This document shows positions 21,765 to 34,300 of a DNA stretch of 64,000 nt, piece after piece. The notes under the pieces are model-generated. The model ran no database searches. It saw only the letters and a list, made by a program, of their open reading frames with translations, and was not told the DNA's origin. The stretch is taken from the NCBI GenBank assembly GCA_963727485.1, contig CAVSGM010000002.1:1568001-1632000 (forward strand), read 5' to 3'. Each line of letters opens with the position of its first letter. Within the stretch, counting starts at the first letter, position 1. Position numbers and translations under genes: made by a program. This stretch comes from an uncultured delta proteobacterium (GTDB lineage Bacteria > Myxococcota > Myxococcia > SLRQ01).

Positions 21765-24700
21765 TCACGCCTTGTCGGGCGGGTCCACCGGCGCGGGCGT
21801 CGCCGGCACCGGGGCCGCGCCCCCGGCCGCGCCCGCCGCCGCCTTCGCCGGCACCTTCACCGGCACCTTGCGCCACAGCCCGCCGGCGCCAAACGCCAGC
21901 CACCCGAAGCGCAGCCACTTCACCAGCGCCGCGGCGAGCCACAGGGCCCACAGGAGCATGGCGACCCGGTAGACCATCAGCGGCACCGAGATCACCGTGG
22001 CCGTGGGCAGGGCCGAGGCCACGCGGTCCTGGTACCACTGGAGCAGGTAGCGGCTCGAGCCATTGCCCGAAAGCTGCATCGACGGGTGGCCCAGAAGCCC
22101 CTGGCGCACCACCAGGAAGAGGGCCACCAGGGCCACAGCGGTCCAGCCGGCCAGGCCCACCTGCCGCAGGTCGAACCAGGCGGGGCCCACCTCGGGCCGG
22201 GCCCGGCGCCGCCCCAGGGCCAGGAGCCACCCGGCGACCAGGAGCCCCAGCCAGATCGACACCTGGGTGAGCCCGATGCCCAGGAGAATCCACTCCCAGG
22301 TCTTCAGGGGCGAGTCCTTCACCCGGCCGAGGAGCACCGCCACGATGAGCACCACCGCGAGCAGGCTCCAGAAGAGCACCGCCGGCCCGGCCCGGGGCCC
22401 GGAGGCGAAGAGGATCCACCGGTCCTGGGGGACCCGGAGCTGCACCTGGGCGTTGACCCCGTCGGCGCCGAGGTCGACCTGGGGGGTGACGAAGCGCGCG
22501 CCGATGCCCCGGGCCTCGCGCCACTTGAGCACCACGTCGGTGCGGCCGGGGGTCAGCGGCAGCGTGACCTTTCGCCCCTCCTGGCGGACCGGCACCTCGC
22601 CCCCGCCGGTCACCCGCAGCGACTGGAGCGTGGCGCCGACCGGGAGGGTTACCGCGTGGGGCCCCCCGCGGCTCGAGCGCACCGTCAGGCTCAAGGTGGC
22701 GTCGGTGGCGCGCAGGCCCGGGGACGCCTCGAGGCGCACGCGATCGAGGGTGAGGCTGCGCCCCGCCACCGCCTCCGGGCGCACCACCGTGAGGGTGAGC
22801 GACTCCCCGGGCCAGGGCTCGTAGTACCGCGCCGGCGTGGTGGCGCCGGTGTGCACCGGGGGGATGCCGGTCGCGGTCAGGTGCCACACCGGGCTGGCGT
22901 CCACCGCCCAGATCTCGGTGAAGCGCGTGGTCTTCGGCGCGGTGAGGGTGAGGGTCTTCGCCGGCTGGAGGGTCGAGGTCCAGGTGAACCGGGCCTCGGA
23001 GGCGGCGAGGTTCACCTGGACCTGTCCGTCCTTGACCCGCACCCCCGGCGTGGTCACCGACTCGCCGGGCAGGAGCGGCACCTCGAGGACCAGGGCCGAG
23101 CCCGGGGCGGTCTGGCGCACCACCCGGGTCTGCACCGTCCAGTCGAGGCCCAGGTGGAGGTTCCGGGTGACGGTGGCGAAGCCGGGCATCACCCCTGGCT
23201 CCAGGGGCTGGCCCGGGGCGCCGGTGGCCTGGCGGATCCGGTCGAGCTCCACCGTGGCGTCGGCGACCCCGCCGTCCTCGAGGCCCACCACCGTCCACCC
23301 CGTCACCCGCGCGGTCGTCCGCCCCGGGTGGAGCGGCAGGGGGAGCTGCACCGACGCCTGGTCCGGGAGCGGCCCGGAGACCACGAGGTGGTGGCGCCCG
23401 GCGTCGAGGCCGAGCCAGAGCGTCCCGTCGTCGTCCCGGGCGAGGCGGTCGGCGGGCCGGCCGTCGACGGTCACCTCCGTGGGGACGAAGTGGGCGGCGT
23501 CGCCGGGGAGGGGCACCGCGGTCCGGGCCGCGGCGTCGACCTCGAGGCGCAGGGTGAGCGTCGACGGGGTCGCCAACAGGTCCAGGCGCGGCACCGAGGC
23601 GCAGGTGGGCGAGCAGTCCGGGGGCGCCAGCAACCGCTGGCGCAGGGTCGCGAGGGTCTCGTCGCTGGGGATCGTCCCCTGGGCCCGGGCGGCCAGGGGC
23701 AGGAGGGCCACCAGGATCGCCGCCGCCGTGGCCGCCGCCCCGCGCCCGCGGAGGAAGCGCGGCCACCGCCGCTTCGGGCCCCCGAGGAGGACCCCCACCA
23801 GGGCCACCAGGAGGAGCACCCGGGCCAGGGCGAGGACGAGGTTCACCGCCGGAGACAGGAGGTAGAGGTGGACCTGCTGCGAGGCGGCCACCGGGCCCCG
23901 CCAGGTCAGGGCGACCGTGTCCCACCGCCACGCGGGCAGGCCCGGGCCCGTCTGGATCGCGGCGTCGGGGGCGACCTGGTAGCGCCAGGTGTCGCTGCCC
24001 GAGCCCGCCGAGCTGCTGAAGCTCGAGGGGCCCTGGAGCCTGGGCTTCGCGCGCCGCTTCGAGGCCTGGTCGCGCTCCTGGGGCGGCGGCGGGGCCGCCT
24101 TGCCGGCGAGGGCCTCGGCCGAGGCGCCGTTGAGCCGACGGAGGTTGTCGAGGACCCCACCGGGCCGGTTGGAGTCGCCGGTGGCCACCGAGCGGTAGGG
24201 ATGCACCAGGACCGGGTAGGTGCCCCCGCGCACCTGCTTCACCAGGAACGGCACGGTCATCGCCACCAGGATCACCCAGGTCGTCAGGCGGTAGACGCCG
24301 GTGACCCGCTTGAGCCACCCGGCGGGCACCACCCGGTAGAGCGCCTCGCCGGCGAGGACGAAGGCGAAGATCCACCGGGGCGCGTCGAGCTCGGGGTAGA
24401 CGAGCACCAAGGTCACGAGCGCCAGGGCCCCGAAGCCCCAGCCGAAGAGCCGCGCCGTCGCCAGGGAGAGGATCAGCACCAGGAACAGGTCGAGGAGGCT
24501 CCACCGGCTCACCCAGGTCAGCGGCGTCCCATCGACCCCCGAGGCGTGGAGGAGGCGCCACCCCGGCGGGAGGTTCAGGGTCTCGGCGACCGACTGGAAG
24601 CCGTGGCGCCAGCCCACCGCGGGCAGGGCGGTCGCCGGGCCCACGAAGCGTTCCGTCGGCGACCACGTCGAGCTGCCGCCGCCGGACCTCGACCCCGGCC

Positions 24701-25935
24701 GGGCCGCCCTTCTCGAGGCGGGTGACCAGCTGGTCGTGGCCGTCGACGGAGACGTGGCCCAGGACCGAGGGCGGCGCCATGGACAGGCGCAGCCCGCTGT
24801 GGAGGGTGCCGCCGATCCGGTCGCGGAAGGTGAAGCCGCCGCCGTCGAAGTCGAGCCAGAGGGTGCGGTTCAGGGTGAGGGCGTCGGGGGCGGGCCGGGC
24901 GTCTCCCCGGCGGCGGATCGTCAGCTTCAGGGTGTCGCCGGGGCGGGCCCGGTAGGCGGGGAGGCGCTTCCAGGTGTCGGGGAGGCGCGTCTGCTGGGGG
25001 TCCACGGCGGGCAGGCCCGAGAGGTCCACCAACCGGAGGTTCGGGGCGGCCTGGAACACCCAGACCTCCACCTTGGCCCAGGGACCGCCGGGCCTCGGCA
25101 CGGTGAGGGTCTCGACCCGGCCCGGGGCGCGGGCGGTGAGCGCGAGGGTGTAGCGGCCCGGGCGGACCTGGACCTTGAGGTGGCCGTCCTCCTCGACCCG
25201 GGCGGGCAGGGGGCCCTTGAGGGCCATGGGGATGAAGCCCGGGAGCAGCGCCCGGCCCAGGGTGACCTCGCGGTTCTCCCCGGAGACGTCGAGCTCGACG
25301 CGGGTGGTCACCCTGAAGGGCACGGTGTCGTCGAGGTGGCGGAACACCGTCACCTCGAGGCGGTTGGCGTGGGTGCCCTCCACGGCGCGCTTCTGGAGCC
25401 ACAGGGCCCCGGTGTCGTCGCGCTGGGGGAAGGCCACGGCCCGGCCGCGCAGCGTGAGGTCGACGAGGCCGGTGGCCAGCGGCACCTGGAGCTTCTCGGG
25501 GAGGGCGTCCCAGGTGAAGCGGCCGGCGACCACGTGGGCGCCGGGCTCGAGGCGAACCCCCGGCGCGGCGCCCTGGGGGTAGACCACGGCGGGCTTCCCG
25601 TCGACGGTGACGTCCTGGGGTCGGCGGCGGCCCGAGCCCGGCAGCGGCACCCAGCCCCGGTGCTCCACCGTCCAGGTCTGGGTGAACCGGCCGCCGTGGG
25701 CGTCGAGGGTGAGCGCCAGGCGACCAGGCCACAGGCACCGCTGGGCGTCCGGGGATCCGTCGAGGTGGGTGCAGGCCTCGGCGGCGTGGCCGTGGAGGGC
25801 CCAGCCGATCCAGGGCTTGAGGGGCGCCGGGACGTCCTTGGGTGCCAGGGCCTCGGCGCGGGCGGTGGCGGGTACGGCGAGCAGGATCGCGGCGGCGAGC
25901 GCGGCGACGAGACGACCAGCATCGAGACGCGTCAT
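21765..25935 (-). CDS. Large (~1390 aa) uncharacterised membrane protein with two extracytoplasmic beta-rich repeats; +1 frameshift near 24651
   Basis: Signal peptide MTRLDAGR...ATARA, VPAPLKPWIGWAL; frame switch at ADG/RFVG into ORF 21765..24644; TM blocks in the middle and at the C-terminus; AAGGGGG RBS. Confidence 0.8.
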
Positions 25936-26126
25936 CGATCCCCCTTTTGCCCACGCTACCACCCGAAGATCCCCGGGGGGCATCGGGCGACGGGTGGAGG
26001 GGACTTCGTGGCAGGTCGGACCCGCGCCGTGGTCCGGGGGCCACGGGGCCCCCGAACCGGGGCCCGGAACGCCCGCCGATACCGGGGACACGCCAGCCGG
26101 AACGCACCTTGCTACCATCGCCCACC

Positions 26127-29100
26127 ATGCCCCGCGCCCCGCGTCCGACCGTCGCCGTCGTCCTCGCCCTCCTCGTGGTCGCGACCGCAGGCGCCGGGAG
26201 CCCGGCCGGCGCCCCGCGTCTCGGCGCCCACCGCTTCCCCGCCGCCGGCGACCACCAGGCGACCCTCACCATCCCCCGCACCGGCCGCTACCGGATCGCG
26301 GTGAGCAGCGGCACCGGGGTGGCGCTGGCCCTGGTGGACCGGATGCGCGGAGTGGTCGCGCGCGGCGGCGTCGTGGGGATTACCGACGGCCGCCTCGACC
26401 TCCTCCTCGACCCGGGCGCCTACCTGGTCCTCCTCCGCGGAGACCGCCGCGCCAGAGGGGAGGCCACCCTCTCGGCCCAAGCCTTCCACGACGCCCGCCC
26501 CGGCCCGGTGCCGGTGCTCGAGGAGGCGCGGACGGTGACCACCCCCCTCGGCGACCTCGAGCGCCGGGCCTTCTGGATCGACGTGGTGAAGCGGGGCCCG
26601 GTGACCGTGGAGGCCGCCGGGCGCCACCTCGAGGCGATGGACCTGTGGCGCGGGGGCCGCTACCGGGTCCCGGTCGACGCCCTCTCCGGGGCGCAGGTCG
26701 GCACCGAGGGCCGGCCCCTCCAGGAGGTGCGCCTCGCCGCCGTCCTCGACCCGGGGCGCTACCTGGTCACCTGCTGGGGCGGCCCGGGGCTCCCCTGGGC
26801 GGCCGGCGGCCAGGGCCAGCCCCTGGTGGTGCGCCTGGGGATGCGGCGGCTCCCGAGGGTGGCGGTGATCCACGGGAAGGTCCCCGACCTCGGCCTCGTC
26901 CGCTACCGCCTGGCGCCGGGCCGCTTCCCGAGCGCCGTGGCCTTGCGCCTCGACCACCCGGGCGACGCCAGCATGGACCTGGCCACCGTCACCCCGGGCC
27001 AGGTCCCCCCCGGCGCCTACCCCTCGGGCAAGATCTCCAAGAAGCAGCGCCACCCCACCGTGGTCCTCGACACCCAGGGGAGCGACTCGGGGCAGGAGCT
27101 CACCGTCTACGCCGCCCCGGGGACCGGCTACACCCTCACCGTCCTCGCCCACCCGGACCAGCTCCCGGTCCGGGTGAAGCGCCAGGGTGACTACTGGCTC
27201 TCGGTGGTGGGCACCGGCGCCCCCGACGACGGCCTCCAGCCCACCGGGATCCTCACCGACGGCATCCGCGACGCCCGGCGGAGGATCGCCGGCTCCCTGC
27301 CCCACCTTCGCCGGGACGCCGCCTTCTCCCAGACCCTCAATCTCCGCGGCCGCACCTCGGCGCTGCTCGCGGTCGACGACCCGGGGACCTACCGGGTCAC
27401 CGGGTCCGGGGTGGACGACCGCTTCACCCTGGTGCGGCTCGAGACGAGGTGGGCCCGGCACCGGCGGCCGCCGGCGCCGGTGCGCCCGGGGGTCGAGCGG
27501 AACCTCGAGGCCGGGATTTACGAGCTCACCCTCTACCCGGCCCGGGCCGGGGTGGCGACGGTGGCCGTGATCCCCGTCGGGGCCGGGGCCACCAGCGCCG
27601 GGGAGCCGCCGCGGCTCCGGGCGGCCCTCCAGATCCCCAGGGTCCACCTGCGCCCCGACGACGGGTGGGCCCACCGCCACGACTACACCCTGGTGCTGGG
27701 GATGCGCCCCGGGGAGCGCCGGGCAAAGGTGCTGCGCAAGCTCCCCCTCGACCTCACCGAGGCGTTGCCCGTGGACCTGGCGCCCGGGATCCCGGTGACC
27801 CTGCCGGTGAAGGTGAAGGCCGCCAGCCGCCTCCGGGTCGAGGGCGCCGAGGCCACCGCCAAGGTCGACCGGCAGCCCTGCGCCGCCCCCTGCCGGCTGG
27901 CCCCCGGGGCCCACACCGTGACCCTCTCGCTCGGAGGCGGCGACGAGGCGGTGGCCCTGGTCCGCCTGGTCCCGGAGGCCGAGGCCCGGGCCGCCGAGGG
28001 GCCGGTCGCCACCCGCGCCCTCCCGCCGCCGGACCCGCCGCTGACCGTGGCCGAGGTGGGGCCGGGATCGCCGCGGTTCTTCGATCTCCCCCGGCAGGGA
28101 TCGCGGACCTTCCGCCTCGAGGTGCAGCGCCCGGGGGTGTACCGGGTGGAGACCACCGGGCTGCTCGCCACCACCGTGACCCTGCGCACCCGGGTCGCCC
28201 TGAACCTCGCCGCCGGGGTCGGCGGCGGCGACGGGCGCAACGGCCGGGTGGTGCGCTTCCTCCGGCGCGGCGAGTACCTGGTGCGGGTCACCGCCCGGGG
28301 CCGCTCCGAGGGCCACGGGGGGATCGTGGTCACCCGGGCGCCGGTGATCGACGGCGGCGCCCTGGTGGCCGGCCGCACGGCCCGGGCCTCGGTCCCCGAG
28401 AGCCAGGGCCTCGCCTACGCCTTCACCGTGGCCCGGGCCGGGCGCTACCGCCTGCGCACCCTGGCCCTGGGCCAGCGGCCCCCCGCCCGGCTCACCGACG
28501 ACGACGGCTGGCCCGTGACCCCGCCGGACGGGGCCCCGGACGTCACCCTCCGCCTCGCCCCCGGGCGCTACCACTGGCTCACCGAGGGCGTCGACGTCCC
28601 GGGCCGGCGCCTGACCCGCCTGGAGGCGCTGGTCCCGCCCGGCCAGGTGGCCGGCCGGGGGCCCCACCCCCTGCGCCTCGGGGCCTCGGTGCGCGCCACC
28701 TGGATCCAGGGCGACGGGAAGCCCGACGTCTACACCTTCACCCTCCCGGCGAAGGTGAAGGTCCACCTCACCCTGGGGAGCGCCACGATGCAGGCGCACG
28801 TCTATCGGGCTGGCGACGCCTCGCGCACCCCGGTGGCCACCGTGGCCCCGGGCGGCGCCTTCGCCGGGACCCTCGACGCCGGCGCCTACCGCCTGGAGGT
28901 GGTGTGCAGCCGGGTGGACACCCGGGTGCCCTACACCGTGGGCCTCACCGTGGACGCCCTGGTCGCCGGGACCACCCGCACCGTCTCCGTGCCCGGGTCG
29001 GTGGACGTGGTCGTCGCCCGGGCCGGGACCGTCGTCCTCGGGAGCTTCGGGGACGTGGACGTGCGGGGGGTGCTCCGGGACGCCGCCGGGCGGGGGGTGG

Positions 29101-31325
29101 CCGAGGGCGACGACCTCCCCGACGACTGGAACTTCCGGGTGGCCCCGCACCTGGCCCCCGGGCGCTACCGCCTGGCGGTCGAGGGGGTCGGGGGCGCCAC
29201 CGGGTCCACCCGGGTGCGCCTCGAGGTGCCCCGGGCAAGGGCCCACCCCCCGGTGCCCGCCCCCGGGCAGGCCACCCTCGCCCTCGACGGCGGGGTGGTC
29301 ACCGTGCCCCTCCCGGTGACCGGTGCGGGGCTCCTCCGGGTGCGCCTCGACGCCGACGTGGCGGTGGAGGCGACCCTCGTCTCCCGCGACGGCGGCCGGG
29401 TCCTGGCCCGGGGCGCCGGGGCCCGGGTGGTCCTCGCCGTCCCCGTCGCCAGGGGCGCGGCGCCGCGCCTGCGCCTCCTCGCCGAGACCGCCCCGGCGGC
29501 GAAGGTCCACCTCCGGGTGGCGCGCCTGGCCCCGGCGGCGGTGCCCCTCGCCGAGGGCGGTATCTTCCGCCGGGTGCGCACGGGGGCGCTGCGCCTCGCG
29601 GTGAAGCGGCCCGGGACCTTCACCGTGCGCCCGGCCCGGGGGCTCCGGGTGTCCACGGCGGGCGGCGCGGCGGTGGCCGTGGACGGGGGCGACGTCTCGC
29701 TCCCCGCCGGGCCCGCCTGGCTCCTCTGGCCCCGGGCCCCGGGGCAGGTGCGCCTGCGCCGGGCGGTCCTCGACCGCCGCCAGCGCGGCCTCACCCTCGC
29801 CCCGGGCCCCCGGCGGGTCCTCGACGTGGCGCCGTCGCCGGGCCTCGTCCTCGTCCGGGTCACCGCCGACGGCGGCCGGCCCGCGGCGCGCTTCTCCGTC
29901 CCCGCCGGGGCGCCCCCGGCCGCCGACGGCGTGGACCTCGCCCTCGGGCCCAGGTCCGCCCTCGCCGCGGCGCCCCCCGGGGCCCGCCGCCCCCTCACCC
30001 TGTGGAACGCCGAGGCCGGGGCCACCGCGCCCCTGCCGGTGATCGTCTCCCGCCACGCGTTCCCGCTGGGGAAGGCCGCGCCCCTGGCGTCTGGGAGCAC
30101 CACCGTGGCCCTCCCGGCCGCGGGCCACCCCGGTGCCGCCGCCCGGACCTTCGCCCTGCCGGTGGTGCCGGTGGCCCTCCACCTCGGCCTCTCCCGGGGG
30201 CTGGCGGCGGTGGCCTGGGACGCCGGGGGGGTGCGGGCGGTGATCGACGCGGTTGCCGGCCCGGTGGACCGGCGCCTGGTGGTCGCCGCCACCCGCCTCG
30301 CGGTGGTCGACCTCGCCGGCCGGGGCGGCGACGCGGTGATCGTCCGTCGCGCCGGGTCCCCGGCCCGGGTGCCCCGGCTGCGCTCGGGCCGCCCCGTCGC
30401 CTGGCGCTTCGACGCCCCGGGGCGCCTCCCGCTGGGGGTCCCGGCGAGGGCGGGCACCCTGCGTCTCGCGGGGCCGGCCACCGCCTCGGCTCTCGACGCC
30501 GACGGCCACCTGGCCTTCGGCCGGCACCTGGCGCTCCCCAACGGCGGCCGGGTGATCCTCCGCCACGGCGCCGGGATCGTCGCCGCCTGGCTGGAGGACG
30601 GCGGGCACCCCCGCCTCGATCGCTGGGGCCGCCTCCCGGCGGTGGCCGCGACCCCGGTGGCCGCCGACGCGGTGGTGCCCCTGGGGGGCAGCGCCCTGTG
30701 GCTCTCGGTCCACCTCGACCGGCCCTCGGTCCTCTCGGTCGCCGCCGGCCGAGACGTCCTGGTCGCCGTGAGCCGCGCCGTCGCCGCCGGGCCCGGGCGC
30801 ACGGTCGCCGCGCGCCTCGGGGCGCTCACGGGCGACCCGCTGGCCGCCGTGGCCCCGGGCCACCTCGCCCGGGCCCTCGCCGCCGGGGACTACCTGGTGG
30901 GCCTCCGGGCCCGGGCCGGGGGCCTCGCCGGCGTGGCCCGCCTCGCCGCCGATCCCATCCGTCCCGCCCCGGCCGGGGTGGGCCCGGCGTCGCTCCTCGC
31001 CGGGGGCGAGACGAGGGTCTTCGCCTTCTCCGTCCCCACCGCGAGGCGGGTGGGCGTGGGGGTGCGGGCCAGCGCCGACGTCGTCGACGCGGACCTCCTC
31101 GACGCCGCCGGTGCCCGCCTCGCCGATGGCCGCCAGGCCCTCGTCGATTTGAAGCCCGGCCGCTACCTCCTCCGCGTCCGCTGCCCCGCCGGCCGGGGCC
31201 CGGTGCGCATCGCCCCGGTGGTCCTGGGCCTCAACGCCCCTGGCGACGGTCCGCCCCCGAAGGCCCTCACCCGGCTCCTCGACTCCGCGGGCCTCGTCCC
31301 CGCCCGTGCCCCCGAAGGGAAGTGA
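26127..31325 (+). CDS. Large (~1732 aa) secreted protein with many PPC-like beta-sandwich repeats
   Basis: Signal peptide; recurrent L-x-P-G-x-Y-x-(L/V) motifs (LDPGAYLV, LDPGRYLV, LEAGIYEL, LRRGEYLV, LAPGRYHW, LDAGAYRL, LAPGRYRL, LAAGDYLV, LKPGRYLL); GC3-biased frame; GTGA-coupled to the next gene. Confidence 0.8.
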   Translation: MPRAPRPTVAVVLALLVVATAGAGSPAGAPRLGAHRFPAAGDHQATLTIPRTGRYRIAVSSGTGVALALVDRMRGVVARGGVVGITDGRLDLLLDPGAYLVLLRGDRRARGEATLSAQAFHDARPGPVPVLEEARTVTTPLGDLERRAFWIDVVKRGPVTVEAAGRHLEAMDLWRGGRYRVPVDALSGAQVGTEGRPLQEVRLAAVLDPGRYLVTCWGGPGLPWAAGGQGQPLVVRLGMRRLPRVAVIHGKVPDLGLVRYRLAPGRFPSAVALRLDHPGDASMDLATVTPGQVPPGAYPSGKISKKQRHPTVVLDTQGSDSGQELTVYAAPGTGYTLTVLAHPDQLPVRVKRQGDYWLSVVGTGAPDDGLQPTGILTDGIRDARRRIAGSLPHLRRDAAFSQTLNLRGRTSALLAVDDPGTYRVTGSGVDDRFTLVRLETRWARHRRPPAPVRPGVERNLEAGIYELTLYPARAGVATVAVIPVGAGATSAGEPPRLRAALQIPRVHLRPDDGWAHRHDYTLVLGMRPGERRAKVLRKLPLDLTEALPVDLAPGIPVTLPVKVKAASRLRVEGAEATAKVDRQPCAAPCRLAPGAHTVTLSLGGGDEAVALVRLVPEAEARAAEGPVATRALPPPDPPLTVAEVGPGSPRFFDLPRQGSRTFRLEVQRPGVYRVETTGLLATTVTLRTRVALNLAAGVGGGDGRNGRVVRFLRRGEYLVRVTARGRSEGHGGIVVTRAPVIDGGALVAGRTARASVPESQGLAYAFTVARAGRYRLRTLALGQRPPARLTDDDGWPVTPPDGAPDVTLRLAPGRYHWLTEGVDVPGRRLTRLEALVPPGQVAGRGPHPLRLGASVRATWIQGDGKPDVYTFTLPAKVKVHLTLGSATMQAHVYRAGDASRTPVATVAPGGAFAGTLDAGAYRLEVVCSRVDTRVPYTVGLTVDALVAGTTRTVSVPGSVDVVVARAGTVVLGSFGDVDVRGVLRDAAGRGVAEGDDLPDDWNFRVAPHLAPGRYRLAVEGVGGATGSTRVRLEVPRARAHPPVPAPGQATLALDGGVVTVPLPVTGAGLLRVRLDADVAVEATLVSRDGGRVLARGAGARVVLAVPVARGAAPRLRLLAETAPAAKVHLRVARLAPAAVPLAEGGIFRRVRTGALRLAVKRPGTFTVRPARGLRVSTAGGAAVAVDGGDVSLPAGPAWLLWPRAPGQVRLRRAVLDRRQRGLTLAPGPRRVLDVAPSPGLVLVRVTADGGRPAARFSVPAGAPPAADGVDLALGPRSALAAAPPGARRPLTLWNAEAGATAPLPVIVSRHAFPLGKAAPLASGSTTVALPAAGHPGAAARTFALPVVPVALHLGLSRGLAAVAWDAGGVRAVIDAVAGPVDRRLVVAATRLAVVDLAGRGGDAVIVRRAGSPARVPRLRSGRPVAWRFDAPGRLPLGVPARAGTLRLAGPATASALDADGHLAFGRHLALPNGGRVILRHGAGIVAAWLEDGGHPRLDRWGRLPAVAATPVAADAVVPLGGSALWLSVHLDRPSVLSVAAGRDVLVAVSRAVAAGPGRTVAARLGALTGDPLAAVAPGHLARALAAGDYLVGLRARAGGLAGVARLAADPIRPAPAGVGPASLLAGGETRVFAFSVPTARRVGVGVRASADVVDADLLDAAGARLADGRQALVDLKPGRYLLRVRCPAGRGPVRIAPVVLGLNAPGDGPPPKALTRLLDSAGLVPARAPEGK

Positions 31326-34300
31326 TCCCCGTGCTCCGCCGCGCCGCCCTCGCTGGCCTCCTGGCCCTCTCGCTCGCCGTCCCCGCCGCCGCCCACGCCG
31401 GGGCGCCGAAGATCGTCCCCCAGACCTTCCTCCGGGGCTACGACCCGGTGACCGTCCTCTTCGACGGCCACCCGGGCCACGCCGGCCCCGAGGACCACCC
31501 GGGCCGCTTCGTCCACCTCGCGCCGAGCTGGCCCGGGGCGTGGCGCTGGGTCGACGACCACACCCTGCTCTTCCGCCCCGTGAGCCCCTGGCCGCCGCTG
31601 GCGCGGTTCACGGTGCGGGTGGGCCGGACCCGGCGGCACCTGGTGACCCTCATGGCCCCGCCGGTGAAGACCGTCCCCGCCGCCGGCGCCGACGGCCTCG
31701 CCCCGGTGAAGACGGTGATGCTCGCCTTCGCCGAGCCGGTGGCCCCGGCGGCCCTGGCGAAGATGGTCCGGATCCGGGTGCGGCCGCTGCCGGGCCTCGA
31801 GGACGGCGTCCACCCCGAGGGCACCTGGATCGGCCCCGAGGGCTTCAGCGTCAAGGCCCTGGCCCGGACCTCGGCGAACGCCCCGGCGCGCTACGTCCTC
31901 CGCCTCGCCCGCCCCCTCGGCGACGGCCACGCCGTCTCGGTGCGCCTGCGCCTCGGCCTCACGGAGGATCCCCACCGGGCCTTCGCCTCGGTGGACTTCG
32001 CGACCCGGGCGCCCTTCCAGGTGACCGCCGCCGGCTGCCTCCCGGGCGCGGGGGATCCCGGCGACCGCCTGGTCCCCGGCCTGCTCCCGGTGACCCTCGC
32101 CGGCACCCGCTACGCCGACGACCAGGCGGTGGCCGGGGGCGCGGGCGCGGCGCGCTTCGTCCTGCGCTTCTCGGCGCCGCCGGTGGATCTCGATCTGGCC
32201 CAGGTGAAGCAGCTGGTGCGCTTCGACCCGGCGGTGTCGCACCTGGGCTTCGAGGTCGACGGGCACCTATTGCGGGTGAAGGGCGACTTCGTCCGGGGCC
32301 GCCGGTACCTGGCCACCGTGGGCCCGGCGCCGATCCACGACCGCGCCGGCCGGCCGCTCGCCCAGCGCGGGCGCACCGAGGTCCCCTTCTTCTTCCCGGT
32401 GCGGGTGAGCTACCTGCGCCTGGGCCAGGGCCACGGGGTGGTGGAGCGCTTCGGGCCCAAGATGTTCCCGGTCGCCGGCCGGGGCGACACCCGGGTGGAC
32501 CTGCGCATCCAGCAGGTGGACCCCCTGGACCGGCGCTTCTGGCCCTTCCCCGATCGCCCGGTGAGGGTCGACGAGGCGAAGCGGCCCCCGGGCCCCGGGG
32601 AGGCGCCCCCGGCCCCGGCGTCCCAGCGCCCCAATCCCCCGCCGGCGCGCATCGGCAAGTGGATCCGCCTCCTGGGCTCGCCGCCGGTCTCCCGGATCGC
32701 GACCCTCCCGACCACCGCCGCCACCGGCGAGTCCACCTTCGGCCTCGACCTGGCCCCGGACCTGGCGAGCCTCTCCGGGCGCCAGGCGCCGGGGACCTAT
32801 CTCGTGGGGGTGCGGCGCCTGGACGCCGGGACCCGCCGGGCCTGGGTGAGGCTCACGGTCACCGACCTGGCCCTGACCACCGTGACCCGGGGCCACCAGC
32901 TCGCCTTCCGGGTGACCTCGCTTTCCACCGGCAAGCCCGTCGCCGGCGCCACCGTGTCGGTCCAGGGGATCCCGAGCCACGCCACCGGCTACGCCTTCCA
33001 GACCCTCCTCCAGGGTCGCACCGACGCCCAGGGCCTCTTCGTCCACGAGGTGAAGGCCCAGCGTCACGCGCAGCTGCGCCGGGTGGTGGTGACGAAGGGC
33101 CGCGACGTCCTGGTGCGCGCCATCTCCGATCCGCCCCTGACCTTCGCCCAGGGCCGGTGGACCGGGCACCCTGGGGGGTGGCTGTCGGCCCTCACCCGGT
33201 CCTTCACCGGCGCCGGGAAGCGGCTGGCGCTGGCCCACCTCATCCCCGAGCGGCCGGTGTACCGCCCCGACGACACCGTCCACCTCCTGGGCTGGGTCCG
33301 CGACCGGGTCAAGGGCCACCTCCGCGTCCCCGCCGCCCGAGCCTACCGGGTGCGCATCACCGCCCCCGACGGGAAGACCACCCTCCTCGAGGCCGAGGCC
33401 GACGATCACGGGGTGGTGGCGGTGGACTTCTCGGGCAAGGGCCGGCCCACCGGCGGCTACGAGGCCGACCTCACCAACGGCGACGGCGAGACCCTGGCGT
33501 CGGCGCGCTTCCGCCTCGAGGCCTACCGCATCCCCCGGTTTCACGTGGACCTCCACGCCCCGCGGCGAGTGCCCATGGACCGGCCGTTCACCATGGCCCT
33601 CTCGGCGGCCTACTACGCCGGGGGGCGGGTGGCCGGGCGGCCCGTGAGCTGGCGGGTGACCCAGTTCCCCTACACCTGGGTCCCCCAGGGCCGCCCGGGC
33701 TACCTCTTCGCCACCGACCAGCGCTTCTCCCGGGCCACCCGGTTCGCGCCCCCGGGCGCCATCGAGCGCCGCGACCAGACCGGCCCCGACGGCTCGGCGG
33801 CGATGAAGGTCGACCCGGGCCTCGAGCTCGACGCCAGGCCCCGGCGCTACGTCTTCGAGGCCACGGTCACCGGCGCCGACGATCAGACCGTCACCGCCCA
33901 GCGCACGGTGGTGGCCCTGCCGCCCTTCGTCCTGGGGATGAAGACCGCGCGCCTGGTCCACGGGGCCAGGGTGCTCACCCCGAAGCTCCTCGCGGTGGGG
34001 CCGGAGGGCAAGCCGGTGCCCGGCAAGCGCCTCACCGTGCGCCTGCTCTCCCGCAGGTGGCACGCCCACCTCGCCGAGACCGACGTCGCCTCGGGGACGC
34101 CCCGGTACGTGACCGACGTGGTGGACAGGAAGGTCTACGAGACCCACCTGCGCTCGGGGAAGCGCCCGGCGACGGTGCGGCTCCCGGTGCACCGGGCCGG
34201 GGTCTACGTCATCGAGGTCTCGGCGCGCGATCGCCTCGGGCGCACCCAGGTGCTCTCGGTGGACCTCTACGTCGCCGGGAAGGGCGCGGTGCCCTGGCGC

